Below are positions 1 through 11,500 of a stretch of 64,000 bases of DNA, in pieces. Made by a program: the position numbers and the translations under genes. The DNA is from Mantamonas sphyraenae STR306. Its lineage: Eukaryota; Protista; CRuMs. Below the pieces are notes generated by a model that saw nothing but the letters and a program-made list of their open reading frames with translations, was not told the origin of the DNA and made no database searches. Position 1 is the stretch's first letter. The number at the start of each line of letters is the position of its first letter. The stretch is from positions 62,001 through 126,000 of the forward strand of contig JAPMXV010000005.1 in NCBI GenBank assembly GCA_026936335.1. Reading direction: 5' to 3'.

Positions 1-3000
1 CAATTGACGACACGAAGCGTCAGAGCCTGCTCCAGGTCGCCTCCGCACAACTCTGGTACGTTCAGTCGCAGCGGCGCACACACGGGGTCTGCCGTATCCG
101 TCACAACCTCTGTGCTGCTCATGCGCTCCAGTTGGCCCATGAGCATGGCCCACACCTCGACACACGAGTTCACGGATGAGGGGAGATCTCGCACCGCAAA
201 CTCGACCTCGATTTCGCCGAAGCGCACGCGGTCACGCACACGCAGCAGATCCTCCAGTTCCCTGCGTTCCGTTTCTTTCAGATGGTGGTGTTTCCCCTTG
301 TCGTGGAGCTCGCGCCTGATGTACTCCTCCTGAACAAGCACAGGCGTGTGGACAAACGCACGCACAACGCCCAGAGTGCCCGAGTTGACATATTTGCCCT
401 TCTTGTCCTTGGCCTTCAGATCCGCGTTGATCAGCGGGAAGCGTGCATTAGTGGACAGCAGCTGTGACAGCGTCACTTCGCAGCGACCAATCTCGTCGTC
501 GGCCGTGTTGCGGTCCCAGTCAAAGCAGCGCACCAACAACGCCTTTTCCATGTCGCCTCCACACGCTTTGTGCAGGTCCAGCGCAAACGTAGCAAACACA
601 GGGTTCAGGTTGGCCTTGACGACCTCCGTGCGGTGCAACTCCGTCCCGTCTGCGTCGCTGATGATCAGGTACGGATCAGAAGACATCAGATCACGCTTGT
701 CCAAGGCCTCGCCGCGTAGTTGGATCACAAGCGAGCCAAGAACGTGGCCATCGGAGTCCACCAGAGCAGTCTGACCACTCATGGCCACATGGGACGCCTC
801 GTGCGACAGTCCTCGATATTGCTGTGCAAGCAACTCGCCGGCAGAAAGTTCGCGACCTGACGAAGACATCGCACGTGCTGCGTGGGAGGAACGGTGAGGA
901 CGGCCTGGCGATCCGCGTCGGCTGCCGCTGCTACGCACTGAACTGGACGAGCCGCGTCGAGCGTCGCCGTGCTCCAACGCATGCGCACGGCCATGGTCGA
1001 CACTGTGACTGCGCTGCACGCGTGCATTGATACACTGGACCAACCCAGAGTTGGTGTACTTGGCCTCGCTTGCGCGCTCGGGGCGAATCAGTTCCATCTG
1101 CACTCCGTCCAGCAGCAGCAAATCCTCAAGCGTGGTGAAACACTGGCCCACCAGTGTCTTGTCGTTGTGCCAACACTCCAGCTTGATCGTCATTTCTGGG
1201 TTGCACTGACACAGCTCGTCAAAGGTGCACTTGATCGGTTCCCACTCTGGGTTGTTGTCGCTCTTGATGGTGTTTGTGCGCACCACCTCCACGTATCGGT
1301 CGCGGGCCTCAAACGCCAGCAGACGCAAGTGGCTACTGTTCTCGCCCATCATGCCCATCTTTTCCAGTCGGATGCCGCAGAAGCTCAGTTCGACAATGTC
1401 GCCCGGATTCTCGGGCAAAGGCACCGCCTTGGATTCGGAGATCACCTGTGTGTTCACCTGCGGCGCAACCTCGGCCACATCCACATTCTGCTTGGCTGCT
1501 ACAACGGCTTGCTGTTCACCCACCTCGATGGCACAGTGCAACATCTGCAGGCGCGTGAGAACAAGTCCCTTTTTCGGGTCGTACATGGGCAGGTGGGCGC
1601 CCTTTTGGTGCTGAACCAGCAGTTTGGACACGTCTGTTTCGTGTTCAGCGTACACCTTCTTCTTGTCGTACAGACGCAGCAGGATCGGGTGCTTGATGTT
1701 GTAGTTGCACAGGCGCTCGACGTCCACCTCCATCGTCGGATAGATGGTCCGCATGCCTGCAATGAGCTCGCCTGTGTCGCAGACTTCCTCATACCCTGAT
1801 GTGGTGGACGACAGCAGCACGACGCGCGTGGAACGCTTCTTGTCCATGTTTGACTCCAGCTGCAGTTTGAGCACGTTGCCCGGGTGCAACTTTACGTCCT
1901 GCGCCTCCAGAATGAGGTCTCCCGACGAGTCCACCTTGGGCAGGTCGTGTCCGGGAACGCTGGACGTGGACGAACGCCCAGAATGGGGGCGGTTTGCGTG
2001 CGAGGCGCTGCTGCTCGTTTTCTCCTCATGCACAGGGGTGGCAGAAATGACCTGCAAGAGGCCGCTGTGTTCGTACTTGTCTCCCTTCTTGGCCTTCTTC
2101 TTCTGGTTGATCAGCTGGAATTCCGGGGTGGTGTCGAGCATCTGCAACACGGTGGCCTGGCAGCGTCCGATCTCCTCATCCTTGGCAATGCTGTTTTGGT
2201 CGTACACCACCACGCGGAACGGTTGCTGCAGATCGTTTGTGTTGAGCTGCTTCATGCTGATGGTGAAGGGTTTCCACACGGGATTCACCGTCTTGTCAAT
2301 GATCTCCGAGGTGTACATCTTTTCCCAGCGGCCAGCATGCATGGCCTCAATGACAAAGTAACAATCCGAGGTGTTTGAGGATGTGTCCAAGCCGTCCAGG
2401 GACTTGCCACGCAATTCGAGCTCCAGCGAACCTGTGCGTAGCTGCTCGCGATCGACCACGCCGGCGGCGGTCACCAGAGTGTGTTGGTTCTGCGCATGTG
2501 CGTGTGTGCTGCCTCGGTGAGATGGACCCGCATGTGTGTTGGAGCCAGTCTTGGACGAGGTTTGCTGCAGCTCCTTGCTGGCCTTCAGCTTGGGTTCGAC
2601 GCGGACAAGCGTCAGCTGGCCGCGTGCGGTGTCGCGCAGCTTCTTCTTGGTCGACTGCTTCTCGAGCAAGGTAAATGTGGCTGCGTCTTGCAGCAGTTGA
2701 CGGAGTGTCACCTGTGAATGTGCACGGTGGGAGGGCGGGTGTGCCAGGGAGAGGGGGCAAACAGGCGTCAGCGGCGAGGTGCGCGCGGTGCAACGGATTT
2801 CTGGTGTTGGGCGGGCTCGGCCTCAGTGGCGAGCAGGACATGCACACTCACCATGCATTCGCCAATGTAGTCGTCTTTGGTGCCCTTGTCCCAGTCGAAT
2901 GCCTCGATGAGAAAGGGCACGTCGGGGTCGCCATCTGGGCACAATTCAGGCACGTTGAGCTGAAACGGAGGCCACGTCGGGTTCAGATCCTTCATCACAG

Positions 3001-3311
3001 GGTCTGTTTGGAACACTATTTTGCTCTTGACCTCGTTGCTGTTCTTGCTGGCCGCGTACACAATGAGGTATCCGTCGCATTTGCCGAGCGTGTCCATCTT
3101 GGGCAGGCCAGTCGCGCGGAACTGGACAACCAGGCCGCCCGCAAGCACATCCCTGTCGGACACGCCCGGAAGCAGCGCTTCTTCCTGGGCCGAGCGGCCA
3201 CTGTGGCGCCGCGAATCGCGTCGAGACTGTGGTGATACGTGTGAGCAGGGTGGTGGATGGTGAAGTGAAGGGAGAGTGTGTGCGGGAAGGCCACCATCGC
3301 AAACGCACCAT
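1..3311 (-). CDS. Multi-C2-domain protein (at least 6 copine-type C2 domains), 3' end runs off the window
   Basis: Model: ATG-only exon 3311-3309, intron GTGCGT..CACAG (3308-3227), exon 3226-2852, intron GTGAGT..CACAG (2851-2712), then an open frame 2711 to 1. Repeated C2 motifs: LPKMDTLGKCDGYL..LNPTWPPF..FDWDKGTKDDYIGEC; VNPVWKPF..YDQNSIAKDEEIGRC; LDKRDLMSSDPYL..LNPVFATF..FDWDRNTADDEIGRC. Confidence 0.8.
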
Positions 3312-3346
3312 CGTCGTGAAGTTGTGTTGGACAGGGCTTCGCAACC

Positions 3347-3817
3347 ATGGACAAGGTGCAAGCATTGGAAAATGAGATTGAAGAGGTGATGCACAGCGTA
3401 GCGGATATCCACCCTGCACCTGAGGCGAGCAACGTCGTCTTGGAGGCAGGCTTTGGCGGCTTGGACGCCGACAGCAGTGGTTTGGCCACATCTACGTCCT
3501 ATGAGACAGCTTTGGAGGACCTGGTGCTGGTGTTGGATATCAAGGAGGTTGAAAAGACCATCGAGAAGCTAAAGTCGAGCAACGCGGAGTTGCTGGAGGA
3601 GGATCCGGAACTGCTGGACGAGGACTTCCGTTTGGCCGTGGAAGAGAACTTGGAGGTGATTGCACGCAGAGAGGCACAGCTCCAGGAGATGCGGGCACAA
3701 CTGGAGGAATTGCAACAGGGCCGAGGGCCAGGCCACTACGCAGGTGTGGAAGAAGTCGAGGAAGAAACGGAAAGGCCAGAGGACGGTGTGGGTGAAGATG
3801 GAGGCATGTGGATGTAG
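3347..3817 (+). CDS. Small acidic coiled-coil protein, possibly Tma17/Adc17-like
   Basis: 156-aa ORF. Core IEKLKSSNAELLEEDPE..FRLAVEENLEVIARRE and short hydrophobic C-terminus GGMWM recall the fungal Tma17 pattern (from memory). Confidence 0.6.
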   Translation: MDKVQALENEIEEVMHSVADIHPAPEASNVVLEAGFGGLDADSSGLATSTSYETALEDLVLVLDIKEVEKTIEKLKSSNAELLEEDPELLDEDFRLAVEENLEVIARREAQLQEMRAQLEELQQGRGPGHYAGVEEVEEETERPEDGVGEDGGMWM

Positions 3818-3934
3818 TGCAGAGTTTATAGATGGACCAATTGGAGACTCGTCGCTTGGTGTCTTGTTGCAGCTGTTGCTGGAGCGCCCCAAGGCAGGCA
3901 ACAAAAGCACAGAATCGAGAGAATCCAACCCCAC

Positions 3935-6900
3935 ATGCAGGTTGCACACGTCCAGCTCAACCTGCGCACGGGCAAACTGGTATCACTGGGCACCATTGAC
4001 GTCGACAAGGCGGAGGAGGTGCCTGTGGTGTCCGAGGCGCCCCCAGACTGGAAGCTGAAGCAACAGATTGCAGATCTGCGCTGGGAGCAGACGCAAGAAG
4101 CAGCCTCTCAGGACACGCCGGGCAGCCGACTGTATCCATCGGGCAGCAGTGACGACGTGGAAGACAGCAGCACCAAGGGACCGGCGGTACGCAAGAACAA
4201 GGCGAGTCGGCAGCGAGAGGAAGCGGCACGCGCCAAGAGAGCCGAGGCACGGGCGCAGGAAGAGGAAGAGAGGCGCATGAAGGAGCTGGAGGCAGCAGAA
4301 AGACGTGCAGAGGCACGTCTGCGCAAGCAAGAGGCAACGGAGCGTGATGAAAGGCGGCGAGAGGCAGCCAAACGTAGGGCGGAGGAGAAGCAGGCACGGG
4401 CGGAGGCGAAGGAACGCGCTGAGCGCGAGAGGGAGCAGCGAGCACGCGATGAGGCGGCAGCGAAGAAGGCACGTCTTGAGAAGCGCATGGAGGAGCAGCG
4501 ACAAGCAGCAGAGGCTCGCAAAACAGCGTCGAGGGCAGGCAAGAGGGCGGGCGGAGAAACGGCCGCCAACTCTACCCAGAGCGCTGCACGCGACCGAAAG
4601 GCTCAAGGTGACGAGAGGACGTCGCAAAAGGGAGGCATGCAGCAGGAAGGCAAGGATGGAGGCGATCAAGACTCGTTCTTGGACGACCTGATGGATCTGG
4701 GGGCCAGCTCGCGACGGGGCAAGGACAGAGGGCTTGCACGCAAGGGCGCTGTGAAGAAGCAAGAGCAGGAGGAGGAAGAATCGGAGGAGGAAAGCGACAA
4801 AGAGCAGCAGTTGAGTGCGTTGGAGCAACTTGCGTCGATGCACATGGAGAGCACGGCCGAGGACGAGCCGGTGGAGATGACGGAAGAGGCAAAGAAGATG
4901 GTTGCCAAGCTGCTGGACGATGGCGAGGAGCTGGAGGCCGACAAAGAGCACACCATGCTGACTCTGGAAGAGCTTGCTGCGGACATCCACGCCGATGACA
5001 GCTTCCACAGCGATGTGGCCGTGCACACACAGGTGGATTCTGGTACGACGGCGCCGATGCAGTCGCCGCGCGTGGTGGAGCAGGCTCCGCAGGTGGTCGT
5101 TGTCGGAGATGCGTCTCCGGGCACACAGGCATCCGTGGCACGCGTGGAGAGCGAGGACGACTCTGGAGCGTCGACCACGGGCGTGCTGGCCGTGCGCAGC
5201 GATCGCAGCGGCACAGCAGACTCGGGCGGGAGCATGGGTGCACAAGGATACCAACCGCTGTACTCAGCGGATCCATTTGCAGAGTTTGAGCACTTTCTGG
5301 CCGAGGCAAACGTGGAAGAGCACAGCATGGAGCTGCGCGAGATCCTGACGTCGCCTGACTTTGAAGTGATGACGCTGGTGTGCTTGGAGATGGAGCGCAC
5401 ATACCAAAGTGTGCTCGTGCACCGGCCGAGCGCATGCCTGGCGACAATGGATGGTGCTGGCTTGGGCGGGGACGGAAAGGGCGGCAGCAGCGGCAGCAGC
5501 AGCAGCAGTGGTAGCAGCAGCAGCAGCAAGGCGCTGAAGCTGCACAACACAGACACACACATGCGAGCAGACGCCAAACAACTGTGCGAAAGCATTGCTG
5601 CGTTGCGAAGCCCGTCGTCCATGGACAAGGAGCTGCAAAAGTCCTTGGACCCGATTCTGCAGCTGTTTGGCAGCGTGGATCTGCAGTGGGATTTCGTGGC
5701 GTCGCTGCTTCGGCGTAGGCTGCTGGAATTCGACGCGTCGTTTGCCTTTGTGTCGCAGCTGGGCAACATGCTTGCCACGCGCATGTTTGCGCTGATGTGC
5801 CGTCAGGACGAGGGAGTGCGAGCGTGGCTGGCCGTTGTGTTGGCCCCGCTCAAGACGCACGTGTATAGTGTGGACACTCTGCTGGAGGTGGATGGCAAAA
5901 AGATCAAGAAAAAGGTGGCCACGGCCAACCGGCGCAAAATCAACGTGGTGCTGGAGGCGTGTGTGGAAAAGCTGCTCAACTCTGTCGGCAGTATGGACGA
6001 GGGTCTGCGGCGCTTTGCCACACATGTGATCAACGACACGTTCAAACGCTCCGTGAGCGTGCGTTATCCCACCCTGTGGAAGCTGTTCTTCGACCACGTG
6101 CTGGTGCCAGCCATTGTGGACCCGGTTGGATACGGCTTGCTGGAGAGCAAGCCAAGCGCCAACATCCAGGGCACGCTGGACATCATGGCCACGGTCATGT
6201 TTGCCTTTGCCAACGACGTGCGCTTCGAGGAAAATGAGCCCATGTACAGCCTGGCGCTTGATCTGGACCACTTCCGTCTTTCGCTGCCGCCTTTCTTTGA
6301 CCGCATTTATCTGGGAGGAGAGTTGGAGGACCCTGTGCACGACGTGAGCATGCCTCTGGACGAGGCCAGCAGTGAGGCGTGTGTGCGGCTGTACACGCAG
6401 CTGAAGAAGGGCTGGCCAAAGATGAGCGCACACCTTCGCAAAGGCCGCAAGTTTGTGAGCACGCAGGACATGGCGACTGCGCACACCACGATGGCACCCG
6501 ATCTTTTCGACCGCTTCCACATGGCCATGCACAAGATCAGCACCAACGTGGACGTGAATGCGCAGCAACGCGTCGTGGAGCAGATTTTGTTGCAGCCGGA
6601 CCTGTCGATTGTGAGTGTGCTGTGCAGCGTGAATCAGGTTGAGGAGCGCAACCACACGATTGCGTCGTCGCTGATCCAGTTGTTTGACAGCGAGCGGATG
6701 CTGATGCATCTTGTGCGCGGATTGAGTGTGGCGACCATTGTGCAAGCGCCGGAGGTGAAAGACTTGTTCATGGGCAACTCTGTGGTGGACTGTCTCATGT
6801 CTTCGCTGGTGTACCAGCTGGCCAAGGGCTATCTGCGGGAGACGCTGCGGTACGAGGCAGAAAAGCTGCTGCAGGAAAAGAACAAGAAGATGTACGTGAA

Positions 6901-7504
6901 CATCCAGAGCAGGGAGGCACGCACTGCAAAAGCAAACAAGAGTGGGCGCGATAGGCTGTTGCACCTCGGCGAGCGGCTGCTTGGAGTGCTGCTGGGCTCG
7001 CTGGACCGTGTGCCGCACCTGGTGCGTGAGATCTTTGCACACATTGTGCACGTTGTGCAGATGCGGCAGGGTGCGACGCAAGAGGACGGCATGACTGTGT
7101 TGATCAACTTTTTCTTTTACCGACTGGTTCTGCCAGCGTTCTCGGAACCGTGGGTGTACGAGATTGTCACGCCCGACCCGGGGTTCTCCGGCAAGAAGGG
7201 GATCACACAGGAGCAAGTGGAGGTGTGCAAGCCGCGCATTAGTCAAATGATTACCCTGTTGACGTACGTGGTGAGCAACCATTCGTCGAAGCACGAGCAC
7301 ATGGCGCCCGTAAACGACCTTGTGCGGCATTTCCACCCGCAGGTGCTGCGTTTCCTGAAGAACATGGCGCGATACCCGATGTATTCGGGCGCGCTGGAGG
7401 ACAGCGAGGTGTTGTTTGACATGACCTCGCGATCGGAGATCCTCGGTTTCTTGATTCCCATCCTGGCGGACAACTTTGCGCTGATGCAGGAGGAGTTTTC
7501 GTAG
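3935..7504 (+). CDS. Protein with charged coiled-coil N-terminus and two tandem degenerate RasGAP-like domains
   Basis: Intronless 1189-aa ORF. Domain 1: LGNMLATRM..LEVDGKK..LFFDHVLVPAIVDPVGYGLL..FANDVRF. Domain 2: LFMGNSVVDCLM..GYLRETL..SLDRVPHLVREI..FFFYRLVLPAFSEP. Confidence 0.75.
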   Translation: MQVAHVQLNLRTGKLVSLGTIDVDKAEEVPVVSEAPPDWKLKQQIADLRWEQTQEAASQDTPGSRLYPSGSSDDVEDSSTKGPAVRKNKASRQREEAARAKRAEARAQEEEERRMKELEAAERRAEARLRKQEATERDERRREAAKRRAEEKQARAEAKERAEREREQRARDEAAAKKARLEKRMEEQRQAAEARKTASRAGKRAGGETAANSTQSAARDRKAQGDERTSQKGGMQQEGKDGGDQDSFLDDLMDLGASSRRGKDRGLARKGAVKKQEQEEEESEEESDKEQQLSALEQLASMHMESTAEDEPVEMTEEAKKMVAKLLDDGEELEADKEHTMLTLEELAADIHADDSFHSDVAVHTQVDSGTTAPMQSPRVVEQAPQVVVVGDASPGTQASVARVESEDDSGASTTGVLAVRSDRSGTADSGGSMGAQGYQPLYSADPFAEFEHFLAEANVEEHSMELREILTSPDFEVMTLVCLEMERTYQSVLVHRPSACLATMDGAGLGGDGKGGSSGSSSSSGSSSSSKALKLHNTDTHMRADAKQLCESIAALRSPSSMDKELQKSLDPILQLFGSVDLQWDFVASLLRRRLLEFDASFAFVSQLGNMLATRMFALMCRQDEGVRAWLAVVLAPLKTHVYSVDTLLEVDGKKIKKKVATANRRKINVVLEACVEKLLNSVGSMDEGLRRFATHVINDTFKRSVSVRYPTLWKLFFDHVLVPAIVDPVGYGLLESKPSANIQGTLDIMATVMFAFANDVRFEENEPMYSLALDLDHFRLSLPPFFDRIYLGGELEDPVHDVSMPLDEASSEACVRLYTQLKKGWPKMSAHLRKGRKFVSTQDMATAHTTMAPDLFDRFHMAMHKISTNVDVNAQQRVVEQILLQPDLSIVSVLCSVNQVEERNHTIASSLIQLFDSERMLMHLVRGLSVATIVQAPEVKDLFMGNSVVDCLMSSLVYQLAKGYLRETLRYEAEKLLQEKNKKMYVNIQSREARTAKANKSGRDRLLHLGERLLGVLLGSLDRVPHLVREIFAHIVHVVQMRQGATQEDGMTVLINFFFYRLVLPAFSEPWVYEIVTPDPGFSGKKGITQEQVEVCKPRISQMITLLTYVVSNHSSKHEHMAPVNDLVRHFHPQVLRFLKNMARYPMYSGALEDSEVLFDMTSRSEILGFLIPILADNFALMQEEFS

Positions 7505-7595
7505 CGAGAGGGCTCCTGCACTGTGGACATAAAGATGCGCTATTCTGTGTTCACTGTTCATTGTTCATTCAGCAATGCTGTCAATGCAAATGCAG

Positions 7596-8411
7596 TCAAT
7601 CAAGGTCTGGAGGCGGGACGGCAACGCTCGCAACTCGCCAGTCCTTGCGACGCTCAAATTCGTCCTCAATGCGCGCGGCGACAGCCTGCAGATGGGAATT
7701 GATGTCGTCTGCATTGTCGGTGCCGTCGGATTTGACTGAGCTGGAGCCTGAAGGGCTGACAAAGGCCAGACCGGAACGGCCGTCGTTGTCGCCTTGGCCC
7801 AAGCGCACGAGACGCTCAAACCAGAACGAGGACTCTTCGTAGAGCATGGGTGCGTTGTCTAAAGTGTCGATGACCTTTTGCACGCCGGCTGTGTCGTTGG
7901 CATCGCACTTGAGGGGCTCGGTGTCGGGTACGTGTGGACGAAGACCGTCAAAGCGGACCTCGACAAGGACGCGCACTGTGTTGTCGGGCATCATGGGCAC
8001 GGTGTTCAGGTAAGCGTCCATGATGCGTGGCTGGTCGAGTTGCATGCGCTTTGTGGCGTGCTCGAAAAAGACATCGAGGCCTTGCTCCTCGTATTCGGTG
8101 ATGACGGCGGACAGGTGGTCAAACATCCACTCTGTGGTCATGCGCTTGAGCAGGGGCAGGTTTCCATGGGCCCAGGTGTCCAGTAAGGTGCGTGAAGCGT
8201 GCAAGCAGGCCTGTTCAAAGGCCACCTGATCGTACTCGGGGTCTTCGCGCTGCAACACAAACGACTGGGCAAGCCACACACGGATGGGCGCAGTCATCTT
8301 GGCAAACAAGCCCTGGCTGCCCGTTTGAGGATCATAGAGGGGGCCAGCACTTGTGTGAAGGGAGCGAACGCGCTGCAAAGCAGCCGTGGTTCGTTTCCGT
8401 CTGGCAAACAT
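7596..8411 (-). CDS. Tim44-like domain mitochondrial protein (MAIP1/Mba1/MRPL45-type)
   Basis: ATG 8411 gives an Arg-rich presequence-like start MFARRKRTTAALQRVRSLH. Then FEQACLHASRTLLDTWAHGNLPLLKRMTTEWMF, SFWFER and terminal WRVASV, typical of the Tim44 C-domain. Confidence 0.6.
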   Translation of the reverse strand: MFARRKRTTAALQRVRSLHTSAGPLYDPQTGSQGLFAKMTAPIRVWLAQSFVLQREDPEYDQVAFEQACLHASRTLLDTWAHGNLPLLKRMTTEWMFDHLSAVITEYEEQGLDVFFEHATKRMQLDQPRIMDAYLNTVPMMPDNTVRVLVEVRFDGLRPHVPDTEPLKCDANDTAGVQKVIDTLDNAPMLYEESSFWFERLVRLGQGDNDGRSGLAFVSPSGSSSVKSDGTDNADDINSHLQAVAARIEDEFERRKDWRVASVAVPPPDLD

Positions 8412-8575
8412 GGTTTGTTTGGGTGGTGCGGGGCAGAGGGGCCCAGACAAGAGTATGGAAGACAATTGGTGGTGGAATCAGGGAGCAAAGGGCTGACCAG
8501 TTGCGCAGAGACACCGTGGAGCGGATTTGAACCACAGAGCGATCGCAGCACCATCGCAACATTCAAAGACCAGGC

Positions 8576-11500
8576 ATGGCGAAGGACGACATTGCACTGG
8601 ACACGTTGCAGGATGGGAAGAAGGTGAACCAGAAGGGCAACGAACCGCTTCTGGCAGGAGAGGGCGTCGGGTCGTCGTCTGGGGCGGGAGCATCGTCGAC
8701 GTCGTCCGGGAAGAGGAACCCGTTTTCGCGCCGGGACAAAGGGAAAGACAAGGCCAGCGAGGAGCAAGCCAACAGCGGCGAGCAGGGAAGTAGCAGTGGA
8801 TCGAGCAGCAGCTCGAGCAGTGGCGGAGGCAAGAAGAGCGGAGGTGGCTTCAAGGGGTTTGTGAACAGCGTGTCGTCGGGCAAGTCTGCAAATGCCGAGG
8901 CAAGCAGCAGCGGCCGCGACGGGAAGGAGGGAGAGAAGAAGCGATCACGCAGGCGAGGACGCGGTGCGGAAGAGGCGGAAGAGGCAGAGGGTGGCTCGTG
9001 GTGGTCTCGTGCCACCAAGGGTCTGCGCAAGAAGGAAACGGCAGACGAGGAGGGAGATGGCGAAGGCGGGTCGAAGAACAAGGCGACCAAGGAGACGTCC
9101 AAGCAGGCATATGTGCTGCCCGACTGGTACCCGAAGCTGCAACTGTTCAAGTTCTACAAGTTGGACACGTATCCTGAGCAGTCGGGCAAAGGAACGTGCA
9201 GGGCGGTGCTGAATGTGCTGTTCTACATCCTGGCGCTCCTTTTCCTGGTGTACGCGTGCTGGGAGTTTGCCATCCAGGCTCCGTCGGGCGAACACGAGCT
9301 GGTGGCATCGAGCAGCCTGTCCTTGGTGGTGAGCCTGCGAGGCCAGTGTGTGAGTGGCGCGTGCCCAGCGTCCACGGCGCAGCTGTACTCGAACTACAGC
9401 GCCGCGGCGTCGCCGAACTGCGGCGCTGGAACGTCCAGCACGTCCCTGTCGTCGCAGGGGGCAGGGGTGTGGAGCTCTGCAGCCAGCTACAGGCTGTGCT
9501 ACACCGAAGGAACAAGCAACGAGGGCGTGGGTCTGGTGATTGACGGCTTTGGCACGGCGCCGGCTGTGTCCTACCGTATGTTTCTGCCACATTTTTCTCT
9601 GTGCCAACGAGGCTGCGCGCGCGGCGAGCTGATCGCAGGGTTGTGACAGGATGGAGAGGCGGCGAGGCACATTCTGACACGCATACTCACATACACACAC
9701 GTATGGACATCTCACAGTGGAGCTGAGCATTGGCAGCAACAAATACCAGATTGCGGTTGCGGCAAACACCGTCAAGACGGTGGTCGTTTCTGCGTTGCAA
9801 ACCGTGACCCTGGGCCACCTTCAGCTGACCGGTGGCACAGAGAACGTGACCGGCACCGTGCAGTACGAGTACTCTGAGCCGAGCGTGACCAACACACGCG
9901 TGCGTGTGAAGCTGGCTCAGTTCGCGGACAAGTTCACGTAAGTTGTAGACTGTGCGTGGCTCTGCGCAGCCTCGCCGTCCTCGTATTCGGGCATGCAAGC
10001 GCGCAGGAGCGACGGGTCACTATGGAGCGGAAGGCTTGTGCAAAGCTTTGTTGCTGCATGTGCAGTGCCAACCGCCGGAAAGAGGGGTGGGGACAAAGAA
10101 GAAGGGGGGAACGGCGGCGGAGGGCTGACATGGAGGGTCTGCGCCCCAACCGCCCTGGCACACACACACACACCAAACACACAGCGAGTACCCCACCAAC
10201 ACTCCCGTGGAGCTTTTGGGTACCCTCGGAGGCGGCCTGTTTATGCTGTTTATGATCCTGATGCCATTTGCGACGCTGTTCCTGTACGTTGCGCCGCGAA
10301 AAGCGCCGCCAATCACACTTCCCGCACCACCACACGCTCTGCACACACACACAAGCGATCAAAGGGCTCACACGGTGGCATTGGGTGACACAGGTACAAG
10401 CAGAGCGACTACGATGACCAGTATGTGCTCAAGTCGTCGCTTCGTCTTCAGAACGCAGGGCTGTCGAGCATCGTGGTGGACTCGTACAGCGACGTGGAGC
10501 GATCTCGTGTGCAACAGCGCATGCTGATGGACTCCAAGGGCCTGACGAACGCTCTGAACAAGGAGGAGAACAGCGACGAGGACGACTCTGCGGACGAGGT
10601 GGACGAAGAGGACCGTGATGAGTTCCGTGTCAAGAGCAACGTGCCGGTGACACCTCTGGGCCGAAGCTTGGCTGCTGTGAACCGTGGACGCGCACAGGTG
10701 CGTAGCTTTGTGGAACAGTTCTGGGTGCAGGCGCTGTACAACGTGCTGATCTTTGTGTTTGTGGTTGGCCTGGGCGTGCTGTTCTTCAACACGGCGCTGT
10801 CGACAAACGAGACAATCCGCGCGGTGCTGATTGTGCTGTTCTTTGTGATCTGCTCCGAGACTGTCCTGCGCGTGTTTGCCGAGGCGCACACGTTCTTCCT
10901 GGACGGGTGGAACATGCTGAACGTGCTGGTGATTGTGCTGTCGGTGGTGATTGCCCCCGTGTTCAGCACATTCTTCTTCCTGCGCTTCATGCGCTTCCTG
11001 CTGAAGCAGACACAGTCTCTGGCTGTGTTCAAGCCGCTGCGCGACATCATCAAGGCTTTGAGTGTGGCGACGCCGCGCGTGCTCGTGTGGGGTGTGCTGC
11101 TGTTTGTGCACGTGTACATGTTTGCTCTGCTGGCCACACAACTGTTTGGCAGTGTAGAGCCGCGCTTCAGCGAGCTGTTTGAAACCATGTACACGCTGTT
11201 CACGCTGCCGTGGATCGGCTCGGAGGCCGCAGCAATCATGACGCACGTCAAGGCGCAGCACGACCAGGGCTGGCTTTTCTTTGTGCTCTACTACGTGGTC
11301 ACCGTGTTTATTGCCTTCAACATGTTTGCGGCGGTGGTTGTGGATGCCATGCTGAGCGTGCGCGAGACCAACGACAACGCAGCTGCGGAAGAGGAGGCGG
11401 AGCGTCGCTTCAAGGAAACTCAGCTGCAGTACCGGGGTCTGCGCGACGATCTGGCTCGCGTGGTGGACAACATCTCCTTCCTGAGCTCATTTATCCGCTC

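Noticed and set aside
5264-7561. 765-aa antisense ORF, and similar long shadow ORFs (16704-18668 +, 20709-22274 -, 33983-35689 -, 54074-56095 -, 62076-63761 +)
   Set aside because: They lie opposite well-supported genes, have no recognisable motifs, and are expected from GC-rich codon usage that depletes antisense stops.
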